From: Salisapilia sapeloensis CBS 127946
Taxonomy: Eukaryota > Protista > Oomycota
Length of the DNA: 64,000 bases
Assembly: GCA_023334545.1 (NCBI GenBank)
Contig: JAADVB010000015.1
Span: forward strand, 74,626-138,625
Direction: 5' to 3'
Shown here: one piece after another, positions 12,301-24,185 of the stretch
Layout of the letters: each line of letters begins with the position of its first letter
How positions within the stretch are numbered: the first letter of the stretch is position 1
Translations under genes and position numbers: made by a program
The notes under the pieces: model-generated
What the model was told of the DNA's origin: nothing
Seen by the model: the letters and a program-made list of their open reading frames with translations, nothing else
The model's database searches: none

Positions 12301-13133
12301 ATGGCTGAAGGAGGTAGCTTTGCGTATGCCAAAGTACATTGAAGACTCTAAGTGGTTGGAATAGATACAAGGGTGTCACTCGTGTCCATTCACCAGTGCT
12401 TTGCTTTCGATCTTCCCCAGAAAACGCCCAAGAAAGGGTATCGGTAAGTACTCTGATGACTTTCAGTCTGTTATGCCTGTATTGATGACGCTAGTGCAGG
12501 GCAGATGATTGGTCGGAAGAGCCATCCTGGAGTGGCAAATTGGTAGTCGTGGCAACTGATGCAGACAATGCAAACATTGAACTGAGGGATCCCGCCACAG
12601 ACACATTGTTTGTCCAGGCCACGATCACTCGAAATGACTCTACGTCAGTTCAGAAAGGTACAAGTAGGAGTTCAAAGGTGTATTTGCATATGCATATTGA
12701 ATACATGAATAGTCATGGATAGCAGTCGCTACTTTGTCCTGACGACAGGAGGAGCAAAGAACATGAAAAAGGTTGGCATCGCCTTTGAAAACCGAAGCGA
12801 TGCCTTCGATTTCAACAGTGCTTTGGAAAATTTCCACCAGTATGCTACCTGCTTTCACGCTTTGAACTTGTTATATGACTTGAATGGAATAGAGCAAAGG
12901 AAAAGAAGGAGAGCTTGGAAACGACAAGCCCTTCGAAGGACTACTCGCTCAAGACCGGACAAACGATGAAGCTCCGAATCAACACTGTTCGAACGCCAAA
13001 GCACAGTGCCATGAAAGACCCCTTCTCTCCTGGAAGCAGCAAACCCTTCATGACGGATACGCCAACGAGCGCCAGCGCCACTGCCTTCGAACAAGATGCA
13101 TCTCACTCCTTTAGCGATTGGGAGACGTTTTAA
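12301..13133 (+). CDS. NECAP: NECAP (adaptin ear-binding coat-associated protein, PHear domain), multi-exon
   Basis: Spliced reading MAEGDTRVSLVSIHQCFAFDLP...GYRADDW...WSGKL...LFVQA...VMDSSRYFVL...GIAFENRSDAFDFNSAL, ending in FSDWETF (a WxxF-type motif). Confidence 0.85.
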
Positions 13134-13201
13134 CCAGGTACGATCGACTCCAACAAGTTAAGACTGCTTCAGTTTTATTGGAAACCTGCTCTTGGCTTTG
13201 T

Positions 13202-14170
13202 CTACTGACGCTTGTCGCCGTCCCACTTGTAAAATCCTTCGCCAGACTTGCGTCCGAGCTTTCCTTCCTGCACCTTTTGCCTGAGCAGCTCTGGCACGAA
13301 GAACGCTGGCTCGTTCGGATGACTCTTCGTCCACCCTTCCATAATGTACAGCGTCGTGTCGAGACCGACGTAGTCGGCCAGGGTCAGCGGACCCATCGGA
13401 TGTCCAGCTCCGAGCTGCATACTGACGTCAATGTCTTCCTGGGACGCATCTCCTCTCTCGAGCATTGAGATAGCCTGCGTCAGATACGGCACTAAGAGTC
13501 GGTTAACGATAAAGCCAGGCGTATCTTTGCACGACACGGGCGTCTTGCCAATAGCACTGGCCCAGTCCTTGGCCGTGTCAAAGATCGCTGGGTCCGTCTT
13601 GTCCGTCCGGATGACTTCCACAAGCTTCATGATCTGGACGGGATTGAAAAAGTGGAGACCGACCACCTTCTCCGGCCGCTTCGAGGCATCGGCAAAGTCC
13701 GAGATGGCAAGGGAGCTCGTGTTGGAGGCAAAGATGCAAGAGTCTTTTGCAATGGTGGCAAGATTCGCATAAAACTCCTTTTTCACATCCACGTTCTCGA
13801 CAATAGCCTCGATGATCAGGTCGCAGTCATGCAAGTCGTTCACTTGCGTCGACGGTGTAATCAGGCCGAGTGTCTTCTCCACGCTCGCCTTGGCGTCCTC
13901 CTCCGACAGCTGACCCTTGGACACCTTCTTGGAGCTGACCTTGGTGAGCGAGTCGCTAATGCGCTTCATGCCGGCCTCGAGGCCCTGGGAGTTGGCATCA
14001 ACGGCCACGACTTGAAAACCTGCTGCAGCGGCCGTCTGGGCGATCCCGTGGCCCATGAGTCCTAGTCCGACCATGCCCACCTTTTCGATCTTGGGCGGGG
14101 CACTGGAAAAGGCTCGCATGCACGACACAGCGCGCATGGGCATGGACTTGAACAAGGTAGAGCGCATCAT
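13202..14170 (-). CDS. HADH: Short-chain 3-hydroxyacyl-CoA dehydrogenase, mitochondrial
   Basis: GLGLMGHG Rossmann motif, IEAIVEN, ASNTSS, GLHFFNP, PGFIVNRLL and GHPMGP. Mitochondrial-type presequence. Confidence 0.95.
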   Translation of the reverse strand: MMRSTLFKSMPMRAVSCMRAFSSAPPKIEKVGMVGLGLMGHGIAQTAAAAGFQVVAVDANSQGLEAGMKRISDSLTKVSSKKVSKGQLSEEDAKASVEKTLGLITPSTQVNDLHDCDLIIEAIVENVDVKKEFYANLATIAKDSCIFASNTSSLAISDFADASKRPEKVVGLHFFNPVQIMKLVEVIRTDKTDPAIFDTAKDWASAIGKTPVSCKDTPGFIVNRLLVPYLTQAISMLERGDASQEDIDVSMQLGAGHPMGPLTLADYVGLDTTLYIMEGWTKSHPNEPAFFVPELLRQKVQEGKLGRKSGEGFYKWDGDKRQ

Positions 14171-14243
14171 GGTGGATTAGACTCGTGTTTGGATATGTCG
14201 GAACTGACGTGAAGCCGAGAAAGAAAATAAAACTGTCTTTTTC

Positions 14244-15590
14244 TTAGAGTCGAGCGGTAATCTCGGTGCTGCCGGCGTCTGGAGAAGAAGCGTAGCGTTC
14301 GTGGAGGAGCGTGGCGAAACTCACTAACCAAGTCCTTTTCTCTGATTGACACGGACCTAATACTGCCTCTACAAGCTCCTTCGCGAATGGAGTTGCATCC
14401 TTCTCAGTGGTTTCCAGCTGTCGGAATAAAGACACTTCGACTTCCTTTGCGTTTAGCTCTAGCAGATCGAGTGGACTCATTTTGAGCAGCTCAAAGACCA
14501 TGCTGGCTAGCTCTAGATCGTCTGAGTCCAGCATAATGACTTTGTTGCAACACTGTCGGAACATCCAGACACCAAGTCGCTGTCTCATCTGCTGCTCGTC
14601 ACTGTAGTTGAACGAGTAGAAGACGTTTCCGAAAAGGAATCCACAGACCTTTTGCACCTCTGCTTTCTGCAATTCATGTGGATATAGAGCAAGTGTTGTG
14701 TCGAGGTAGTACGGAATGATCTGGTGCGGAGGGAAGACATTGCCCAAGTTTTGAAGTGTAAACTGTAGAAACCGATGGGAAAAATCGTCCAGCGGCTTGT
14801 ACACGTGAAACATGCCGTCGAATACGAGAGCAACGCTTTGATCCCGTACTTGGTCGTTGAAAGCACACATCTGGACAAGTCGACGCATGTTGCGCTGTAG
14901 GAAAGATGCAAGCATGAGCACCTCGCATCCGGTCACAATATCCTGCCGAATGGACACAGAGTTCTGCTTTGTATGATGGTAGTTCGATAGCAAGTTCTCA
15001 AAACAATAAATGCCCGTCACGTCGGATGCCAGGAATTTGTCTATCGCTTGGTTCGCGGTGATCGTCACAGTCTCCTGAGCTTTAGATGTCGTAATCTCCT
15101 TTGGCAGTTCAGTCACAAAGAGAAGCTTGGCAGCAATGCGAAACATGCATATCCAGACATCCACATCATCGGAAGGCAGCGCCCCAAGGAGTGGCACTAG
15201 CGTCTCCATTGTGAATGTCGAGAAGTTAACAAGGTTACGGATATATCCATCCGCATCTGGAGACTCGGAGCTTGCAATAGAAAGCTTCTTTTCGTCGATT
15301 TTATCGTTTCCCATGCCTTTTGTAAGCAGACAGAGTCGTCGAGAATCGCTCGTCAGAGCTTGTAGTACATGCTCAACACCTTTGCTGAACGTTTGTAAAA
15401 CAGATATGGCACTTTTATCAAGCTGAGGCGATGATAACAGTTCTGCTAGAGACGCATGTAGCTTATCCATACCATTCGTCAACTCATCCGTTGATTGCTT
15501 ACTTGACTGCGATGCATCATTCGAGGCGAAGTCGTAATACCGAGCAAACAGGTTCTTGTATCCTGTCAAGAGCTCACTTAAGTTACTCAT
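14244..15590 (-). CDS. Hypothetical helical protein (at least 448 aa); additional 5' exons may extend to ~15865
   Basis: Long ORF with an amphipathic-helix composition and no family recognised. A TTCCAG acceptor lies just before ATG 15590, suggesting upstream exons. Confidence 0.7.
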   Translation of the reverse strand: MSNLSELLTGYKNLFARYYDFASNDASQSSKQSTDELTNGMDKLHASLAELLSSPQLDKSAISVLQTFSKGVEHVLQALTSDSRRLCLLTKGMGNDKIDEKKLSIASSESPDADGYIRNLVNFSTFTMETLVPLLGALPSDDVDVWICMFRIAAKLLFVTELPKEITTSKAQETVTITANQAIDKFLASDVTGIYCFENLLSNYHHTKQNSVSIRQDIVTGCEVLMLASFLQRNMRRLVQMCAFNDQVRDQSVALVFDGMFHVYKPLDDFSHRFLQFTLQNLGNVFPPHQIIPYYLDTTLALYPHELQKAEVQKVCGFLFGNVFYSFNYSDEQQMRQRLGVWMFRQCCNKVIMLDSDDLELASMVFELLKMSPLDLLELNAKEVEVSLFRQLETTEKDATPFAKELVEAVLGPCQSEKRTWLVSFATLLHERYASSPDAGSTEITARL

Positions 15591-15948
15591 GACTGGAAGC
15601 CAAGATTAATCGATTGAAGAGGGAAAATGAAGCAAACTTGGACGCCCAATCTGCTCTGACGATGCAAATGCGCTATTGTTGTCAACATTGGTTATATGCA
15701 TGTTTCACGAAGGTCGCTCAATATTTGTATTGCGTCAACCTTAGGAGCGCAACTTCAATACAGTTGTTGCATTTTCTGAAAGGTATCTTTGGTGAGTACT
15801 CCAATAATCTCTACTCTAAAAAAGTGCATCAGCTATGACGTATACGACAGAGTTGGATCAGCCATCTGAAAGCACCACTAGACAAAAATCGGGTCGTCAT
15901 AGATGAGAAGGAATATAATTCTACTCTCTTAGCTACCCTCTACTCTCG

Positions 15949-18900
15949 TCATGTCAGACTCGCTGATCGCAGTTGCAACGGATCACTCGTCAGCTGGGAC
16001 TCCAGTGCATCTACCTCTCTCTTCATCTTGTCCACAGCCGCCAGGTGCAGAGGATACGGACTCTGTCGCTCCAACGTCGCAGGGTTCATGGTCAAGTACG
16101 ACAGCGCATGGAAGTCCTCCAGCACCGTCTGCATGACTCCGGATGTGGCCGTCACAGCGCCTTCCTCCTCGACTGTCTCCTCCACATGCTCTGGCATCTT
16201 TTTCACGATTTCGACATGCAGCATCACTGGCTCCTTCCGATGAAGCTGCTTTGCATACGACAGCTTGTCTGTCTGCCATGCATCGTGACTCGAAAGAAGC
16301 GTCGTGCGACTCGGTCTGACATCCAGCGGCGACAGTGCTAACACACCTTGCGATTCGTCTGCACACAGTATCGACTCATTCTCTTCGCCTCGAAGCTGAC
16401 ATTTTTCTGTGCTGACAGTTGACGCATGGGAAATGTACATTTTAGACACGAGGTTGGCGTAGGCTTCTGGAATCAGCTCTTCTTTCCGATCCGCATACAG
16501 ACTCGCCCACACCTCGACTTCTTCCTCCGGTATCCGACCATCCGTTTGACCCAATCGAGTGATCACCAGGACAGCAGGGTCGCCTAGAAGGGCTATAAAG
16601 CGCAAACATGTATGCATCATGGAAATGTACGTTTTACGCTTGTCGCTTTCGTCAATCGGTAGCGAATGCGTCTCGAGAAGAGAGCCTATGGCGTCTGTGC
16701 AGCTCACGTGAAGCCATTTGCCATTGGACGGTATCGAATAGGCTGCATAGATAAAGCACGGAGGAGAAGGAGACGTTCGTCGGTCCGTCAGGTGGTACAG
16801 TCGTTCTCCGACGAACGTCTCAGTGTCCGTCGGCTTGGCACCTGCGAGTGGACTGAGCTCTACACGTTCCATGACTCTGTCGTACAGCGCAAAGCACGAT
16901 GTAGACAGCGTCGATGGGTTCATGTGGAAAGCACCTTCGTAGATGTCTTCGAGATACAGCAACTCTAGCGTCATGCTGTGTCTCCACGCCACTTGCTCCA
17001 CATCCTCTGCGCCGAAAAGACCCTTGGCTAGCGCACCAAGTAGCCACATCTTATGCTTCATGTCTCGTTTACCGAACGGAGCGACGACGTACAGGACGTT
17101 CGAGACGGCAGAGCGAGAGAAGGCTTGCTGCTTGCGCGTACCGTCCTGCATCATCGGATTAAGCAGTTGAGCTGCTAGACGGTAGTTTTGGAAAGCATCT
17201 TCCGGCTTAGTAGGACATTCCAGCAACAGCATCGAATTGGAAGAGTCGATCTGAACACCCGACTGTTTCGTCAAACTCGACAAGTCTAGTGGAGCATGGT
17301 CGCCCATGTTGCAGCGAGAGTACATGCTTCGGAAACTGGTCAGGTAGGACAGCGTGAGTGTGGCGAGCCAATCGGAAGGGGATACTGGGCAGAGGATGGC
17401 GTAGTCAAGAGGCTTTTGCGCAGAAACAGGATGCAGACCGCGCAGAACGTACTCTGCCACAGCCTGCGGCTCAGCATGGAAGGTCACTTCTTCCGAAGAG
17501 AGGACGAAACGTGGCGGCTTGAGCGGCACGACAGGCAGCTGTGCTTTCTTCATGAACACCTTGGTGGTAAAGTCATCAAAAGAAAGCCACGGAGCATGTG
17601 TCTCTCCTTCTTCATTTGATTCTGGCTGGAGACGAGTGACAGCAGATGAAAGCACAGGTTCCAGTCGCTGGACGACGCTCTTCTGGTACCTGGTGGAGGC
17701 TGCAACCACCTTATCCGTGGACTGGCGACTCCACCAGAGCAAGTGTTCGGAAGGACTTTGGTCCCAGCCAGCGCGAGAAAATATGGCAGCCACTCGGACA
17801 CCGATAGAGATTTCGCTTTTCTGGATGGTGTCCATGAGACTGCTTGGGCTTTGATATTGATCCAACTGACTGAATCGGAATGAAAGCAATAGTTTCCTGG
17901 CTTTCTCTTTCTTCCGCTGACGCTTGCGACTCCGATCGTAGTACGTAGCAGAGTAAGTCACTCGCCAAGGAGCAAGCGATTTCGAGGCCTGCTTCATATG
18001 ATATTCTTCCGGATCGAAAGAAGACAAGGTAGAGAACGATTGAATCGCTCTTGGACTCGGCATGAAAGAGTCTGCATTCGCCACTGTCGTTTCAAATGTC
18101 AGAGCTTCTTCCGACCTTTTCAGCCACTCTTGCGTCTCTACTTCTACCTGCTCTGCCAGCGTCTGCAACACAGGATGCACCTCGTCATCACCCACGCCAC
18201 TGTTCTTTGAATTAATTGAAGATAAGTACTTGGTCTGAATCATCCGAGAAATGGACATCTTGTCGGTTGGGGATATACTTTCCTCTGTCTTTTTCCCCAG
18301 TTGAGGAGATAGCTCCACAGGCTTAAAGTCATCACTTGGCTTGAGCACACTTCTGTCTTTCAATCGGCGCTTGTACGCATGAACCTCCAAGTCCTTGACA
18401 GGGTCGAGAACTGGGTCCTTTGGAAACGTCATGCGCATGACAAGAGTGTTCGCATTCGGTTGGTTGGCCAGTGGATCTGGAGACACTGGCTTTGTGAATT
18501 CGCTTGTCAGTGCTGCAGACTGAGGAGCGCTTGGCGTCGGAGGAACCACGGGTGGAGCCTGACCCAGGGCAACGCTCTCCACTTCCGCCTCGACCGCAGC
18601 TTCTTCCTCGTCCTCTTCGACTTCCTCCATGACCCCCTTTAATTCGTTCGTAAGGCCCGCTCCTTCACTTCCAGACTGAACAGAGCTGTCATCTGCCTTC
18701 TTCCGTCGTTTTCGGCGACGAGTGACTGCTCGAAAGCGAGGAAAAGCGTCTTTGTAGTCCGTTTCAGACGTGATGCGTGCTGGCAGACTGGCTTTGGAGT
18801 GCCATACGTCCACTACCGAGTGGTCGAGAGCAGTGGGTAGCCCCATCTTTTGCTGCCATGCACTCTCGAGAGACACCGGAGTGTGTGGTATCTGCAGCGT

Positions 18901-19461
18901 GACGTCAACATTGACGCAGACGTGAGAATGAAAGAGCTGGGGGTGGAGTTGGAAGGACGGACGAGGCGTCTGCTCTTTTAAATTGATATCAAAATGATTT
19001 GAATGCAAAAGAGATGGATATAGAAAGACAATGGCTGGGTCGTTCGGATAGAAATATCCGTTCGTGTAGATGAATTCGCCAGAGGAAACGAGGACGGACG
19101 AAAGAAAGCCATGGACGGCACTTAGGAGGTGCTTTTGAACGTGCGGATCGAGAGTGTTCTGGCTTTCTTGGCTCCATTCACCCTTGCTGACCTCTGCGCA
19201 CATAATGACAGTTGGATTTTACGTAGTTTGGACAGTAGGAAGAGTAGTACCGGCGTTGGCGAGATCTGACGGAAGGGAACGTTGGCGCAGATTAGAGTTG
19301 TTCAAAGTAAACACCCACAATTGACGGTCTCCTTCATCCGATGCAAGGCACAAAAGCTGGGGTTCCAATCGCTGACGTAATGACAGCAATTCGCTCTCCG
19401 AGACGTTCGTGGCTTGATAGACAGTCCACGAAAGTGTCTTGAGCTCACCCTGCTTGGACAT
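15949..19461 (-). CDS. MED13: Mediator kinase-module subunit 13 (compact, about 1150 aa)
   Basis: N-terminal LSWTVY...QLWVF. C-terminal YSIPSNGKWLHVSCTDAIGSLLET and VLEDFHALSYLTMNPATLERQSPYPLHL match the Med13 C-terminal signature. One intron near 19197-19248. Confidence 0.85.
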
Positions 19462-19656
19462 GATACCTTTAGCTCTATGGACGGTGTATGGGATGAGCGA
19501 GAGATACGTACGAGCGCAAAGACATTCGTCGACGGAGGCATCGCTCGTAGCACCGCCAAGTCGAGCTCCTGTAGTCAAAAACATCGCGTCCCTATTTCGT
19601 ACCTAAGTGAAATTTTCGATCAAGTGCGAAACAACAGATCGTGAAACGAAAGATAA

Positions 19657-21145
19657 ATGCAAGTCGAGGCGCCGTCCGCTGGCAGTCCACGGCAATCTTC
19701 TGCCCATGAACAGGAGAGTAGTGCCGGAGATGATAAGGAGGAAGAGCAGCCTCAAGACACATCTGATAGAGAGTTACTCGAGTACTACCGCCAGCGATGT
19801 GAGCAGTTTCATTCGGAGCAAGAGGAGATGCTGCATAAACTGGCACAAATAGAAGTACATACATTCGTTTCGCCATGCATGCTACACGCTAACTAGATAA
19901 AATTTTTCTAGCTATCAAAGGAAGAGCTTTGCCAGGCCAAGATGGAGCTAGAGGCTAAGAAGGAAGAGGTTGTGAAATTATCAGGAAGCATAAAAGCTCT
20001 TCAGAGTGAGCTGACCCAAGTCAAGAAGAAGAACGTGGACTTGGAGGCAGAAAAGGAAGAGATACAGCGACAGCGAGACGAAGACAAGAGCAAGATCCAG
20101 TCTCTACTCCGGATGACCCAGCCATTCGAAGATCATGTACCACTTTTACAGTTGACAACTAGCTAGTTATAGCTTCTGACGGTATCCATAGATCGTATGT
20201 CATCGACCTCAGCCTATCTTGGGCAACAATCAGACGTCTAGCACCTCCTTCCGTATATACAGAGACTATGGCTACCCATCCTCTCTATCTCTGGCAGCCG
20301 ACTCGGCTCCTATTAACCGCAAACACACACTTCCCAAGCGACCTTGTTCTTCAAATAGCACTTTTCGTTCCTCTTTTACAAAGAGCAAAAGCGTTATGAA
20401 CGAGTACGCGCATGAAGTACAAGTGCGACAGCTTCAGCAGCAGATGCAGAGTATCCAGAACCAGCTAGACTCGTACAAGCTCCTGTGGAAACAGCGAGAG
20501 CAGACGCTGATGGACTCGTTTGCAGATGAACGGAGTGCGGCGGAAAGGTCTCGGTCTCGAGAAAAGGAACGATTGGAATTTGTTGAGAAGGAGTTGGACA
20601 GGACGCAGCAGCTGCTGGACGAAACGACCAAGGACTATCTAGTCCTCCGCCATCGAGCGCAGGAGAATGAGAAGACAGCGCATGAAGAGATCCACTCGCT
20701 CCAGCAGCAGCAGCAGTCGATGCTAGAAGAGCGGAAACAAGAGTCAAGGTTCTTTGAGTCGGAAAGGTCTGCTCTGGTGCAGTCGACGCAAGAGGAGCAG
20801 CGGCAGGGGCTGGAAAGGTACAAGAGCCAGGTCCAAGCCAAAGACAGAGAGCTCCAGATCCTAACGCAGCAGTACGCCGCTGTGCAGGAGGCATGCAGGA
20901 AGCGCATTGAGGCGCTGCAGACGCGACTCAAGCAGCTGAGGAGCAAGTACAAGAGTTTGGAAAAGAGACGAGCACTCGAGAAGGAAGGTTTTGAACGAGA
21001 CGTGGCGCAAGTGAGGAAGAAGCTGGAGCAGGTGGAGACGGAGCAGCTGCGCCAAGGACTTTATCGACAAGAAGAGTCGTACGAAGACGAGATCCAGTCG
21101 CTCAAGTCTCGTGTGGCTCAAATGAAACTGTCGTTGGACTCGTAA
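19657..21145 (+). CDS. CCDC77: Coiled-coil protein, CCDC77-like (centriolar), multi-exon
   Basis: ELLEYYRQRCE, EDKSKIQSLL, TKDYLVLRH and RRALEKEGF segments resemble CCDC77. Heptad-rich throughout. Confidence 0.7.
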
Positions 21146-21203
21146 GAGAGGAATTTTGTTTCCTTTCAAAGTTAGACGATACACAACTAGTGAGGGGAGG
21201 AGA

Positions 21204-22878
21204 CTACAACTGATCTTCGATTTCCTGCACGAGCTGCAGCAACTCGTGTGCGTCCGGTCGGACGGACGGGTCCGCGTCTAGACACCGAGTGGCCAGTTCA
21301 AGTACCACCGACGGACACTCTGCTGAGAAGGCTGGACGCATCTTCTCTCCAATGACCTTCTTGACGACGTTCATGCCCTGCAGCTTTTTCCCAGAGTCGT
21401 CTCGCTTGTCCGAGTACGGCACTTCTCCCGTGTCGAGCTCGGACATGACGATGCCGAACGAGTACACGTCCGACCGTTCGTCGTATTTCTTCCCCATCAG
21501 CACTTCCGGCGCCGTCCAGTAGATGCTATCGTCTCTTGTTAGTTTACATACCTAGATATACAAAATGCACAAGAGTTTACGTTCCGACACCAGCAGTCAT
21601 CGTCTCTTCAATCGATCGCTCTCTCGAAATACCAAAGTCACTCAGTTTCGCACGGAACTCTCCGTCGAGCAAAATGTTCTTCGACTTGAGATCCCGATGA
21701 ATGACTTTCGGTGTGAGCGAGTGGAGGTATCGAATGGCTTCTGCCACGTCCTCTGCGAGGAAGATCTTGTGGTCTCGCCAGTTCAGCTGCTTCTTCTTCC
21801 GTCTCAAAAAGTTGTACAAGTCGCCCTTGGCCATATACTCGGTCACGGCACACAGGTCCTGCACGCCGCTCCACGCGACGCCGACGAACTCGACAATCTT
21901 GGGATGGTAAAAGGACGCCATGAGCTTAATCTCAGCGCCAAAGCACTCGATCTCCTTTTCGTCGTTCTTCTTTTCACTCAAAATACGCTTCACAGCCACC
22001 TGCCGATTCTCTAGCTGCGCTAGCCACACCTCTCCGAACGCTCCTTTCGACAGCACACGCGTAAAGTAGAGCGCAGAGTACGGAATGCGACGTCGACCTA
22101 GTGCCGGATCCGTCTGGAACTCTGTCAAGACTTTTTGCATGGCTTCACGAGACTTTTCCGTCGGCTCTGGCGCCTTCTTGTCCGATTTGGGGTTTTTCGG
22201 TGGCATCTTCCGCACGGGAGACCCCTTCTGATATCGTCCCTCTCCCTGCTGACGACCATCTTCATCGTGGTGCCGACGACGGTCACCGGAAGGCCGAGCT
22301 GGAGGCACAGGACCACGTCGATTCTCTTCTCTATCATTATCCGATGCTGGTCGCTGGTGCTCGTCTACTGCTCGTCTATCTCGACGCGGATACGCCGGTG
22401 GTGGCACTGGGGTTGACCGAGGTTCTCTCGGTGGATGATTGCGCTGGTCATACGACGGGTGAGAGCGCGGCTCTTTCCTTCGTCCGTGACGAGCAGGGTC
22501 CATGGGTACATTAAATGCATTCTGGGGAGTTCCATGCTGCCCATCTTGCTCCGACATGTGGAAAGAAAGCGGTTGATTCGATTGATCCGGCGGGAACGAG
22601 TTCGTCACCTGTACTTGGGAGGTGGCAGGAGACTGCGTACTCGGGTTGCTTGCATGCGTCGGTAAACTTGGTTGTGGGAAGTCAGGACCGAGTTCAGTCT
22701 CGGCCTTCTTTTGTTTGCGGTGCCGGTGCCACATGAACAAGGCGGCGGCAAGGAAGAGAACGACAACCACGGCGATGACAACATAGATGATGGTGGAGGA
22801 GGACCCGTCGGCCCGCACCGGCCGAGCGGCGACGGCGATGGCCGCGAGGACGAGCTTGACGGCCGTCCTGACGTTCAT
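21204..22878 (-). CDS. TKL-family receptor-like protein kinase (signal peptide, single TM, low-complexity linker, kinase)
   Basis: SKGAFGEV, VAVK, HRDLKSKNILL, DFG and GT/IYWTAPE across an intron at ~21527-21581. Likely start ATG 22878; the frame stays open to ATG 23016. Confidence 0.9.
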
Positions 22879-23464
22879 GTCTGTAATCGAAATACTGTCT
22901 TTTTCTCCGTGTTTTCCACCGATGACTTGACTACTGTATACAACTGGCGGCTGTCTTGCGATCGAACTGATTTTTTGTAGGAGCACGAGGACTTCAAGTG
23001 GCGGCAAGACCTCCATGGACGGCTGGCCATGGGTTCACCATCATCATGCCGTTAACTTATGACACTCGACTGCCGATGGATCGTGTGTCCGCTTGGCGAC
23101 TTGTATCACTGCCTCGGGATACACGAGCCGCTCGTGTCCGGTTGCTGGTAACGCGGAAAAAGAGTAGATGGAGGTAATTCAGACACTTTGTTTGGTCTAT
23201 TCAAACTATGCTGGATGGACACTTACAGGAGGTAGATGGATGTACTGCTCTCTGTCATATCGACTAGACGCTTCAGACGCCAGCAGACCCTTCATCTACC
23301 AACTTCAACGCTGCGTGTGTGCTGGTTGAAGTGCGTCTCACTCGACCATGGCCATTCACTCTTGGCGTTTGTATGGTTGGCACACAACGTTAAACACACG
23401 AGTAACAGACCTTGAAATCGTTTGTTCATTCTTTCGAGAATTTGGTCATTCCACTTTAATCCGA

Positions 23465-24145
23465 ATGCTGCTGACGCGTGTGCGCTGCGCCCTCCGAGCT
23501 CCGTCTACCTCCCGCCTCTTTTCCAGCCAAGCCATGGCCGCTGACTCTGCTCCCCACGACCTCGTCCTCGACAACTTTTGCTTGCGCCAGTTTGACGACC
23601 CAGAGTACGCTGGCACCAAGATCCGCTTCGACAAGCACGAGTTCGAGCGCAAGATCAACGAAGCGTACCAGGCCAACGGCAAGCAACTGACGGACGGATA
23701 CGCTCCTTTCTGCAAACACCTCTTCATCGAGAACTTCACCGACACGCGGAAGAACGTGGCGGAGATCTCGCAAAGCAACAGGAAACTGCTCTTGTCGGCC
23801 TATGAAGCACGCAGCGAGAACGAACTGCCGGTCTTGGTCCGTTGGTTCCCATCCCACAGCGTCACACCGAAAATTGCGCAGTACCTGGACGTGATCCTGT
23901 ACTCGCGTGACCAAGTGCGTGAGGAGAACAAGGCCATGGGCGTCGAATTCGACGAAAGCAGTACGGCTCCGTGGCGCATCATTTCCGTCAAGGCTCAGGA
24001 TGTGGACCACGAATTGCCGATGAACCCGACAACGATGATGAGGAATGCGCTCGGCCGAGAGGAAGGCGGGTCCGGCGTCCCTCTGGATCGCGACGAGTAC
24101 ATGAAGAGCGTCGAGTATTGGAAGAATCACGCGATCGTGAGGTAA
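23465..24145 (+). CDS. DUF3228-family protein (flagella-associated protein-like)
   Basis: LDNFCLRQF, DGYAPFCKHLFIENFT, YEARSENELPVLVRWF, LDVILYSRDQ and ELPMNPTTMMRNALGREEGGSG are DUF3228 hallmarks. Confidence 0.85.
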   Translation: MLLTRVRCALRAPSTSRLFSSQAMAADSAPHDLVLDNFCLRQFDDPEYAGTKIRFDKHEFERKINEAYQANGKQLTDGYAPFCKHLFIENFTDTRKNVAEISQSNRKLLLSAYEARSENELPVLVRWFPSHSVTPKIAQYLDVILYSRDQVREENKAMGVEFDESSTAPWRIISVKAQDVDHELPMNPTTMMRNALGREEGGSGVPLDRDEYMKSVEYWKNHAIVR

Positions 24146-24185
24146 GGAGAGAATATAGGAAGAGAAGAGAAGACTGTCTTTCTTT

